The translations under genes were made by a program, and so were the position numbers. 64,000 nucleotides of DNA from Octopus vulgaris (lineage: Eukaryota). Positions within the stretch are counted from its first letter, which is position 1. Every line of letters starts with the position of its first letter. Below are positions 1 to 10,769 of the stretch, in pieces. The DNA is taken from NCBI GenBank assembly GCA_951406725.2, contig OX597822.1:29078001-29142000 (forward strand), read 5' to 3'. Under the pieces are notes generated by a model. It was not told the DNA's origin. It worked only from the letters and a program-made list of their open reading frames with translations, and ran no database searches.

Positions 1-1375
1 CTTAGATTTCTGAATCCCCTCGGGGTTTTGTTTTGAAAGATTAGATTTTTCAGATCTATTTTATTATATTTATTTATGTAATGGAGACGGGTGTATTCTT
101 GTTATTGTTGATAGAATGTCACAAATAATACTGATACTTATTTTATTAACCCTCGAGTGATGGAGAGACTTATCGACTCCGAAAATCCAAGAGTAGGAGT
201 CGAAACAGTTCCATCTCTGCTGCCCTCCTAAACTGATGAAAGTAGCAATCCCGAACTTGTCAGATTCTAAATAGTAGTATATTGTTCCTGTGTGTCGCTT
301 TTTCGTTAAATTATTCTTGCAATTATTCTGATCTTGACTTTTCATCGGAAATCTCTGTCAGTAGAATCGTTAACCACCTTTCGAAATTTTGTGCACCCCA
401 TTTTTTAAAACTGTCTGCCTCATTTTCTTGTATTGGCAAGTTCAAGATAGGAAGTTTTAAAAAAATGAAGTGACATTCGTTTTTCTATCATCGTACTTTT
501 TACTTTTCATATTTAATTTCTTAGGTGAGTAGATTGGCAGAATCGTTAGAGCGTCAGATAAATTGCCATTTGCCTTTCGATAATTTGCTGCATCTCTTAA
601 TGTTCCAAGTTCAGATTCCACTGATGTCAATCTTGCTTTTCATCCTTCTTGGGTTCTTATAATAGACTGTCCCCATTCCTGAAATTTGAGCCCTGTGCCA
701 CTAAGAAATATAAAGAAAACTGCTTTTGCCATATCATGGGAGATTACACAATGTGATGTATGTGTACAAATGTAGATATGTGTGAAAGTTGTTCACATCC
801 ATCTAGCTGTCTAGTGCCTATCTCTTTCTAGGTATTATTATATATGACTCCACCTGTGCCTCTACCTATCTAATCCACTTCTTAAAGTGCTCTTTGCAAC
901 TTCTTGAACTGACAAGATGACATCTGATCAACAGATTCACTAAATAGTTTGAAGATAACTTTGGCAATGATCCTCCAGTTTCATGTCATCCTTTTGATAT
1001 TTCCAATGTGAACAAGAACTTATCTTCCTCCAAACACTCCAAAATTTTAATCGCGCACTGGATCACAGTTACCTCCCCAGTTGACCTTGTAAATATGAAA
1101 TTACTTTCCTTCTTGTTAATTTCCAATCATTTAGAGCTAAAAGCTCTAGTCAGTGCCAACATGAGGTGATAAACTAAAATACTTTTCTCCTTTATTCCTG
1201 TTTTTCCTTTCTTCTTTCTGTTAATCTCTTCTAAGAATTATCTAAGCTCAAAACATTCAAAACTTATCTACTTCATCCCTTTTTTTTTTTTTAGCATTTA
1301 CCTTATAATTAAACTTTGTTTCCACTTTATCTTCTGTATGACATGCACACACACACACACACACATGTATATAAC

Positions 1376-2945
1376 ATGTCTGGAAGGACTGGACAAAAGT
1401 GGTTAGCAAAGATGCAAGAACAGAAGACGTCAGGTATATTTATAGCAAAGGGAAAAAGTGAAAAGAAGTTTGCCAATGTTCTAAGATATGAAGATGAGAA
1501 GTGTGGAGCATGCTAGATTGCAAGGTAGAGTATGAAAGATAAGAAAACCAGAATGTTGTGGAGTGCATACTGAATGAAAAGAAGGAGGTACAGAAATGCT
1601 CTTATGAGTAGAATGAGTATGCATAGGAGAGAAAGGGTCCAACATAAGTATACCCAATCATAGAATGAGCCAAGTTGACACTGTATGGTGGATAGAGTAA
1701 TTAAGGATGAGAAGGCAGGGTAGACACCCTGTCTATCAGGAATTACTGTTGGAATGCTTGAATGTCTAGCAAAGTGGTGCTAGGACCAATTATTTGCATA
1801 ATAAATTAAGTAGTACAAGAGGACATTCATATCCAATGGTTAGTGTAGCAGCTGCATCAAGTGTTACAAGAGTAAGGAGATGCACTAAAGAGAGGAGGCT
1901 ATAGAGGTGTCAACTGGTTTGATCAAATTATGAAAGTTACGGAAAGAGTTATAGCTGTAGCTCAGTTGAATAGGAAGAGAATAAACTGAGATGAAATGTA
2001 GTTTGGTTTTGTGCCAGAAAGAAGTATTTCTGATGTCATCTTAGTGAAACAACTATAGAAATACTTAGTCAAGATTAAGCCTCTATACCTGGCATTTGTT
2101 GACTTAGAGAGAAAACATTTGACAAGGTTTCATGCCCAGTGAGCTGGAGGTCAGTGATGAGCTAGGGTTAGATGAAAGACTTGTGAGAGCTGTATGAGAT
2201 ATTCAGAAGCATAGCAGTGTATTCAGCAATGAATTTGATGTTCAAATTGGAGTCCGTGAAGGTTCACTCCTCAGTCCCTTTCTGTTTGTTGTAGTCCTCC
2301 AAGCTATATCAGTAAAATGTTAAGACTGACTGTGTGAGAACTCCAGTGTGCTTATGACCTATATTTTTTTTACCAAATCTCCAATAGAATTAGAGAAGTT
2401 CTTGATATGGAACCAAAAAAAATCAAGGTTCTTCAAAGTAAACTTAAAGACTAAATTATTAGTTAGTAAGAAGAGAAGACAAAACTCTGCTACTATCAAG
2501 GAAATGACTATGCTGTGTATGTAGAAAAGGAGTTGGCTAGAATTCCATATGGTGTACTCATTGCAAACTGGATGTTCACAAGATTTGGAGATCATTGTGG
2601 AATCACAAGCAAACAACAAAGAGAGTAGATGTCACATGCAGCAAGTACAAGAGGGCAATAGGTACTAATAATACAAAACTGACTAGGAGTGATTTATAGC
2701 TTCTGTTACCTAGGTAACCTATTTAACAGTGGTGGTAGGAGATCTGAAAGCAGAGTAGCCAGTATAGGAAGGAGTTGGAAAAAGTTCAAGGAGCTGTTAT
2801 CTCCTTCAGAATGAAAGGAAGTCTATGATACTTGTATATGAGGCAAGTGCTGTATAGTAATGAAATGTAGGCCTTGAATGCAGAGGATTTGCAAAGGCTA
2901 GAAATTAAGCAGTTTTCCTTCACTGGATATATAACTTTAGTGTGC
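1376..2945 (+). mobile_element. Heavily decayed RTE LINE fragment (PHD-containing lineage)
   Basis: Starts with IAKGKSEKKFANVLRYED, which corresponds to IAKDVAEKKKFANVQRRED in the young copy. Remnants of QFGFVP, LAFVDLE, YADD and the PHD region (about 2490-2650); many stops and frameshifts. Confidence 0.85.
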
Positions 2946-3386
2946 ATGACATAGGGTCTTCCAGCAGCCACCTTCTTGACCCAGGGCATCACTACCTCCT
3001 CCAGGTATTTGATGTAGGCCTCCATGTTGAGTGTGAGGCTGTGTGGGAAGATGAATGGAGGCATAATGTCGCCATCATTAGTGATCACTCCAAACACCAT
3101 GATGTTCACTGGATGTTTGATTTTTATCACTCTTGGTACATGTCCTCAGATTGACATCCAAACACTCTGAAATGTTCATATTGGAGTTTCTGGTGTGAAT
3201 GCCAAGCACTACAACATGTCATTTCCAAATTTCTGGCAGAGTGAATTGCATCATGGTGCTGTTTTTCTCACAGTTGGTACCCAACTGACCCTTCTGTACT
3301 CTAGTTGATAAAATCAAAAACAAAAAATGCACATGTGAGAAATTTATAAATATATAATGGTGACAATTTACCCATCGCACCCTGTG
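2946..3386 (-). mobile_element. Internally deleted Tc1/mariner-superfamily (maT/DD37D-like) transposon fragment
   Basis: The 2786-3130 minus ORF contains KHPVNIMVFGVITNDGDIMPPFIFP...LNMEAYIKYLEEVVMPWV, typical of Tc1-like catalytic domains. A CAGGGTG... terminus lies near 3385, next to (TA)n. Confidence 0.7.
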
Positions 3387-3392
3387 TGTGTG

Positions 3393-3427
<35 letters not shown>

Positions 3428-3869
3428 CCCTAAAATGGAACAACAACGTAACGGATGACAACGAAAACATATGGGCAGATGGATGCTATAAGGACGGACA
3501 GGAAAACCGGGACAGAACAGATGTGTCTTTCTATTCATCAGTCAAGTTTCCAATTATCACTACAGTTTCGGCCTGTTACACTTGAGACTGTTCAAAATTG
3601 GTAGGCCCCAAAAATCTAAGCTAAGGGCATTACATTTTTGGAAGGAAGTGGGCAAATAAGTGTGACAACACGGACAAAAAAAAAAGCGAGAAAACAGAAA
3701 ATGTTACACGATTACAACTACAAACAACAAGAATAACAGCAGGTGACTTTCGATTAAAAGGACAAGTTATGTTAAACTGGTGTACTTTGTTTTGGTATCT
3801 GGTTTGCAAGATTCTTTGTGAACTTGTGTGTTGAAGCAAATTATGTTGTGTCTGGGGAAAGTCATTGTC

Positions 3870-4125
3870 TTAATGCCTTATTATCTAACACACTCACCGG
3901 TTCAATTTCCATTCATTATTTATACTTTTTCTTCCAAAATTTTCATTAATTTTGCAACCTTGTCAATGGAAGTTGACTCTGTCTATTATTGGGGCTCCAG
4001 TAGTAATGGACAGCCAACATCCATTGACAAGGTTGCAAAAGCAATTAAAATTTTAGAAGAAAAAGATATAAATAATAAATGCGTGGAAATTGAACTGGTG
4101 AGTGTGTTGGATAATAAGGCATTAA
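3870..4125. repeat. About 255 bp fold-back (palindromic) MITE-like element
   Basis: ttaatgccttattatctaacacactcacc... at the left is the imperfect reverse complement of ...ggtgagtgtgttggataataaggcattaa at the right. Arms are about 120 bp, with TTAA at both ends. Confidence 0.85.
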
Positions 4126-4254
4126 AACTATATATAGTTGTGGTTGTATATAATGTATGTGTGTGGAGAAAAAGGGAAAGAGACAAGTTCAAACACCTTC
4201 ATCAACTTAACCTGTTATCTTCTCTTGATCAATAAAGAAAATATGTCGTCAAAA

Positions 4255-4610
4255 GGTGCAGGTGTGGCTGTGTCGTAAGAAGCTTGCTTCCCAACCACAT
4301 GGTTCCAGGTTCAGTTTCACTGCATGGTGCCTTGGGCAAGCGACATTTACTATAGCCTTGGGCTGACCAAAGCCTTGAGAGTGGATTTGAAACTGAAAGA
4401 AGCCTCTTGTGCATATATATATGTATATACCTATGCGTGTCTTTGTGTGTGTGTTTGTCCCCCCCACCAGTTGACAACTGATGTTTATGTCCCTGTAATT
4501 TAGGTGTTTGGCAAAAATAGACTGGGGTCAATTTGTTTCACTTAAACCCTTCAAGATGGTGCTCTAGGATGGCCACAGCCCCCAATGACGGGAACAAGTA
4601 AAAGATAACA
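4255..4610 (+). mobile_element. tRNA-derived SINE family A, diverged copy
   Basis: Same head (ggtgtggctgtgtcgtaagaagcttgcttcccaaccacatggttccaggttcagt), body and tail as 52296-52710. Confidence 0.85.
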
Positions 4611-5468
4611 AGGTAAATCCAGGGCATTTTGAATTGTCAGAATGCTGATGTGTCGTACAAGATGCTTTGCTCTGCATCTATTTCAACTTTGTTCCATCTG
4701 AGTTCAATCTCATCATCTGCCTCTAGATAAGTGCATGACTAGCACGGCAAAAATAGGCTTGGCAAGTCCTTATAGCAAATTGCTAGATTATTCCAGCTGC
4801 TCGTTTTACATGTCAATAAACCAGCAGGCAAGAGGAGAACATAAAGAAGTATTTATATGTATGTGTGTGTGTGTCATGAAAGTCTACTTTTGCATGTTTA
4901 TGGGTCAGATGAGAGTATATTTGGATAGTTTTCGGCAAGTTCTTCCTATACATACACATGCATACATATATAAATGTGTATGTGCGCTCACACACAATCA
5001 CACATTTATGTGGCTGTGTGGTAAGATGTTTGCTTCTCAACCACATGGCTCTGGGTTCAGCCCTACTGCATGGCAGTTTGGGCAAATGTTTTTACTGTAG
5101 CCTTGGGCCGACCAATGCCTTGTAATTGGAGTTAGTAGATGGAAACTGAAAGAAGCCGCTTTCTCTCACTCTCGATGTGTGTGTGTGTGTGTGTTCTACC
5201 ACTGGTTCACAACCAGTCTTGTGGAAACATCAAGATAGAGAAAATGTTTGTTGAATCTGTTTCTTGCATTGCGAAACTTCGTTTTATATTTCCATGCAAA
5301 ACTAGAGATTATATAGTTTTGTTCTCTATTGTGTTTGTATGAGTGTGTACACACACACGCAGAAGGGTGAGCTAGAAAGTATTGCAATTAAAATTGTATT
5401 ACTTTCTGACTCCTCCATGTGTGTATATATATGTGTGTCTGTATGTATATATATATATATATATATAT

Positions 5469-5903
5469 CCTGGCTCGGCTTCGCAAATGAAGATCAGGAA
5501 GGCTGTCCATGTCACGTGCATGCACGCTCATGACTGACAATTCCGATATGGGAAAGGCAGGTCCGTGAGCAGTGTCCACAGACGAAGGTAACATCCAGTG
5601 TGGTGTCAGAGGTGGCTCGCGCCTTCCTCCTGCGTCTCTTGTCTTTAAGTGCGTCTCTTCTTTGTTCCTCAAACTTGCTGACTGCGATGAAGATCGTGTG
5701 GCGCCAGACATCACGGTCCGCCCATCGAAGGGGGTACTTCAGTGGCGTGGCTTCAATGCTGGGGATCTTGGCCCGCTCCAAGACTTCCAATGTTTGTGAC
5801 GAAGTCACTCCAGTGAACGTTGAGGATGGTGTGGATACATCGCTGGTGGAAGCGCTTGATGTGACTGCGGTAAGTGATCCAGGTCTCTGAGCCATAGAGA
5901 AGA
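5469..5903 (-). mobile_element. 3' end of a BovB-like RTE LINE with C-terminal zinc finger and an internal deletion
   Basis: Minus strand encodes LLYGSETW...RFHQRC...EVLERAKIPSIE...LRW joined to ADRDVWR...FEEQRR...KRRRRKAR...FVCGHCSRTCLSHIGIVSHERAC, then a short 3' UTR and (TA)n. Confidence 0.85.
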
Positions 5904-6303
5904 GTTTGAACGGCAGTTTTTAACATAATTTCTAGGTAACTAAAAAATTTTAAACTTCGTATACTGGTAGAATGTGTTTATAAAACATCTTTTTCTCTTG
6001 GCTTTATTGAGAAAATTCTATAGTTTGTAAGATATTTGGTTTTTTTTTTCCTTCAATTTCTGCAATTTCAACCAATCACTGACGTCTATTGAGGTAAAAA
6101 GCATTCTGTGCCGTATGAATATGTCCCTCGTTTAAGAAACAGATTGGGTTTAGTTACATTTGTGAAGAAAAAAAGATACCCTTCCCCCCACCCCTAACCC
6201 TAAAAGAGATTGAAATGCAATAGATCGATACTAGCGTCATAATTATAGGTGACAATTTCATATGACACTGCTAGAAAAACTGCCATTCAAACTGAAAAGA
6301 TCT
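5904..6303 (-). mobile_element. GATCTTTTCGG-TIR MITE, left terminus truncated
   Basis: Reverse-complement copy of 13851-14273; ends ...aaaactgccattcaaactgaaaagatct. Confidence 0.85.
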
Positions 6304-6840
6304 GAGATGTGTGAAGAAGTGCCACTCCCAAACAGTTGAAGGAATCCGGGGTAGAGGTAGACCCAGGGAGACATGGGATGAGGTGGTCAAGCATGACCAT
6401 TGTACTTTGGGCCTCACAGAGGCTATGACGAAAGACCAAGATTTCTGGAGATATGCTGTGACTGTGAAGACCCGACAAATGAAGTGAGTTCATGGCTTGC
6501 AGGACAGCCTGTTGCCCTAACCTTAAATCATAGGGCAACCTGCTGTGCTTGAAGAGACCTATTAAGTCAAGTACATCAAATGGATATTGTAGTTGTCATA
6601 CCCGTGCCGGTGGCACGTTGGGCCTCACAGTGGAAATGACGAAAGACCGAGACCTCTGAGATATGCTGTGACTGCGAAGACCCAACAAATGAAGTGAGTT
6701 CATGGCTCGCAGGACGACCTGCTGTGCTAACCTTGGATCGTAGAGTGACCTGTTGTGCTTGAGGAGACCTATTGAGTCAAGTACATCAACACCAACATCA
6801 AAATAAAAATCAAATGGAAATTGCAGTTATGATACCTTGT
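6304..6840 (+). mobile_element. 3' fragment of the PHD-RTE LINE with a tandem duplication of about 210 bp
   Basis: Encodes RCVKKCHSQTVEGIRGRGRP..TWDEVVKHD, matching the end of the 10770-13118 ORF. The block tgggcctcacag...gtcaagtacatcaa occurs twice (about 6408-6618 and 6619-6840). Confidence 0.85.
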
Positions 6841-7157
6841 GCAGGTATCTTCTACTATAGCCTTGGGCAGACCAAAGCCTTGTGAGTAAATTTGGTAAGC
6901 GGAAACTGAAAGAAGCCCGTTGTATATATGTGTGTGTTTGTGTGTCTGTTAGTCCCACCCCCAACATCGCTTGACAATTGATGGTGGTGTGTTTACATCC
7001 CTTTAACCTAGCATTTTGGCAAAAGAGACCGATAGGATAAGTACTAGGCTTACAAAGAATAAGTTCTGAGGTTGATTTGTTTGGCTAAAGGCAGTGCTCA
7101 AGCATAGCTGCAGTCAGATGACTGAAGTAATTAAAAGAATAAAAGAAAGAATATATC

Positions 7158-10100
7158 GTCATCAATGTGTAACGTACATTTTCCATGCTGGCATGGGTTG
7201 GATGGTTTGGTTGAAGTCTGGAGAGCCAGTAGCTGCACCAGGCTCCAATCTTATCTGGCAATGTTTCTACAGCTGGATGTCCTTTCTAACGCCAATCACT
7301 CCAAGAGTGTAGTGGGTGCTTTTTACGCACTGCTGACACAGGAGCCAGTCAAGTGGGCCTGGCATTGATCATGTTCGGATGGTGCTTTTTACATACCACC
7401 GGCACAAGAGCCAGTCAGGGAGTACTGGCATCGGCCACGATCAGTTAGTGCTTTTTACATGCTACCGGCACGGGAGCCAGTTAGGTGGACCTGGCATTGA
7501 CCACGTTCAGATGGTGCTGTTTACAGGCTACTGGACTGGGAGCCAGTCGGGGGCACTGGCCCCAGCTATAATATTTGTGTTACTTGACTCAACAGGTCTT
7601 CTCAAGCATATGATATTGCCTGACGCACCAGGGGTATTCTTAACAGGGCCGGACATGCGTGACTGCAATCTCACTTTAGTTGCCTGGCCTTCTCAATCAG
7701 AGCGTATCTCTAAAGGTCTCAGTATCCTGTTGTTGCCTCTGTGAGGCCCAATGTTTGAAGGTCATGCTGTACCACCTCATCCCATGTCTTTCTGAGTCTA
7801 CTTCTTCCACAGGTTCCTTCTGCAGTTAGGGAGTGGCACTTCCTCACACAGCTGTTTTCATTCATACATAAAACATGGCCATACCAGTGCAGTTGCCTCT
7901 CTTGCACACCACATTTGATGCTTCTTATGCCCAACTTTTCTCTCAAGGCGCTTACACTCTGTTGTGTATGCACAGATCATACTAGCTTCATTTCTTTCAA
8001 GCCTACGCATGTCCTCAGCAATCATGGCTCATGTTTCACTACCATGTAGCATGGCAGTTTGCACACATGCATTATACAGTCTACCTTTCACCTGGAGCGA
8101 GAGGCCCTTAGTTGCCAGCAGAGGTAGGGGCTCCTGAACTTTGCCCAGGCTATTCTTTCTTACTCTAGTCGCTACACTCTCAGAGCAACCACCCCCACTA
8201 CAGACTTGTTTGCCTAGGTAGCAGAAGCTATTAACTACTAGTTTCTCCCCCTAGCATGTGGTTGAATCTGTTTTCTGTACCTCTTCAGTGTTTATTGCCC
8301 CAGGGCATCTGTCGCACACACAAAAGCTATTTTCCCAGTTAACCTACCTTTGATATTACTGCACCTTTTATGTGTCCATAGCTTACACCGGGTGCATCAT
8401 ATGGAATTTCTACCCATGCCTTTTCTACAGATTGAGCAGGGCTATGTACCTGAAGGGGGTTGTGATTTGACAGTTTTCCTACTTACTAAGACTTTGGTTT
8501 TTGCTAGGTTAACCCTAAGGCTCTTTGATTCTAGACCTTGCTTCTACACCCTAAACTTCGACTCCAGTTCTGGCAGTGACTCGGTTATTAGAGCAAGGTC
8601 ATCAGCATAGAGGAGCTCCCAGAGGCATCCTGTCTTGAATTCCTCTGTTATTGCCTGGGGGACTATAATTAATAAGAGGGGGCTGAAGACTGATCCTTGG
8701 TGAATCCCTACTTCTACTCGGAATTTTTCACTATACTTGTTGCCAACTCTCACTTTACTGGCAGCATCCTTGTACAGGGCTCGTACAGCTCTTACTAGCC
8801 ACTCGTCTATCCCCTGTTTCCGCATTGACCATTAGATAAGGGATCGGAGGATCCTATCAAAGGCTTTCTCCAAGTCAACAAAAGCCAGAGGTTTATCTTT
8901 GGCTTGGTATTTCTCCTTAGCAGAAATATAGCATCAGTGGTGTTTCTGTCTGGTACAGAACCAAACTACATCTCATCTAGGCTAACTCTCTCCCTAATTA
9001 GTTGGGTTATGATCCTCTCTGTAACTTTCATCACCTGATCCAATAATTTAATACCCCTGTAGTTATTTCTATCTAAAGCATCACCTTTCCCCTTTGTAGC
9101 AGTTGATTATGATGCTGCTACACCAGTCAGTGGGTATGACTCTTTCATGAACTACCTGATTTACAATGTGGATGACCAGGTGATAACTCACACTGCCCGA
9201 TATTTTAAGTATCCCAGCAGTGAATCATGATTGGCCAGGTGCTTTCCTTGTCTTCATATCCTTAATTGCTTTATCTGCCTCTGTATTGTCGATTCGGATA
9301 GCTGGTCCCTCAATTGGGTCAACCTTTGGAAGACTCTCCTCCTCCCATTCATTCTCCATATTCAACAGTCTTTCATAATGGCTTCTCCAAGCCTTTTTCT
9401 TTGCAGAATCATTAAACGCAAGGGCACCATCTATGTGGACACATTTTCTCACACACTTTCTTGCAATCCAAAATACAATTTTGTTCCTCACGTTACTGAA
9501 CATTGGCAAACTTCTTTTCTGCCACTCCCTTAGCTATATAAACGTGTTTCTTAGCTTTCCTTTTGGTTATCTGACACATTCTCCTGCTACCTCCACTCTT
9601 CCAGGCATTCCAAGCCTGTTTCTTTGCTCTAATGGCCCTGTCTACAGTATTGTTCCACCACCATGTTACCCTAGGTCTGGAAGGGACTTTGCACCAGCAA
9701 CAGATTTGGCCTGTGGCACACAGCAAGCTGTCTTGCAGGAATTCCCAGCTGCCTTCTATATCACAGGACTGTAACTCCTCCTCCTTATCACATTTCTCGG
9801 TAAGAATATCCCCAAATCTCTGACCATGTGAAGGGTTCCTAATCTTCCAAGTCCTTCTCCAGATTGGTCTGGTTTTTGATATCCTTCAGACCTAGAGTTT
9901 AAAGTCACTAATAACTAGTCTATGTTGGGGGCAGGGTACATTCTTCACTAGGAAGGGTCTTTGTATTTAAGAGCACCCATGCATCCTGCTGTCTGGTGAG
10001 AATGAAATCGATCTGGGTAGCTGAGTCACCTGATTGATAGGTTAGCTGGTTCCTGAAGTTGGTGTTGCAGATCAATAGGTTATTTCCATCACAGAAATCC

Positions 10101-10255
10101 AGGAGCCTAGTTCCCTCTTCATTTCTGGTACCAACTCCATGACCCCTATATGCAGCATTGAAGATACCAGATTGTTGTCTTACATGCCCATTAAAATCTC
10201 CAGCCATAAAGATGAGATCTTTGTCACTTGTCTTTGAGGTAGCCCGCAGAAGGAT
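7158..10255 (-). mobile_element. 5'-truncated RTE LINE (APE + RT with PHD finger), older copy
   Basis: ORF pieces AGDFNGHV...QIDFIL (APE), WWWNNTVDRAI, QGSVFSPLL, LLYADDLAL and WYGHVL. The 3' UTR has tandem units of about 62 bp and a (GAT)n-type tail; many stops. Confidence 0.93.
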
Positions 10256-10648
10256 ATAAAAGTGTGTATATATATATATGTGTGTGTGTGTGTGTATATA
10301 TAGCTATGGATATATATTTATATGTATGTGTGTATGTATATATGTATGTATGTATATGTATATGTGTGTGTATGTACATATATCATCATCATCATCATCA
10401 TCGTTTAACGTCCGCTTTCCGCGCTAGCACGGGTTGGACGGTTCGACCGGGTCTGGGAAGCCAGGGGCCGCTCCAGGCTCCAGTCTGAATCTGGCAGAGT
10501 TTCTACGGCTGGATGCCCTTCCTAACGCCAACCACTCCGTGAGTGGATTGGGTGCTTTTTACGTGCCACCTGCACAGGGGCCGGAGGGTCCGGCATCGTC
10601 ACGATCGGTTCGAGCATTTTAACGTGTCAGCGGCACGGGGGCAACGAG

Positions 10649-10713
10649 GTCCGGGGTACTTTGGGGATCGGGGTACTTTGGGGATCCAGGGTACTTTGGG
10701 GATCCGGGGTACT
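10649..10713. repeat. 18-bp G-rich minisatellite (ccggggtactttggggat) x about 3.5 in the RTE 3' UTR
   Basis: Tandem units read directly. Confidence 0.85.
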
Positions 10714-10769
10714 TAGAATGGGTAGGGCGTATGTGGAATTGCTGCAGAAAGCAGCCCGGGTCTTTGTAG

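Noticed and set aside
3515-3580. Second hammerhead candidate on the minus strand (ggccGAAActgta ... CTGATGAataGAAA)
   Set aside because: Core words are present but I could not build stems I and II. It may be a decayed Penelope-type repeat and would need a family consensus.
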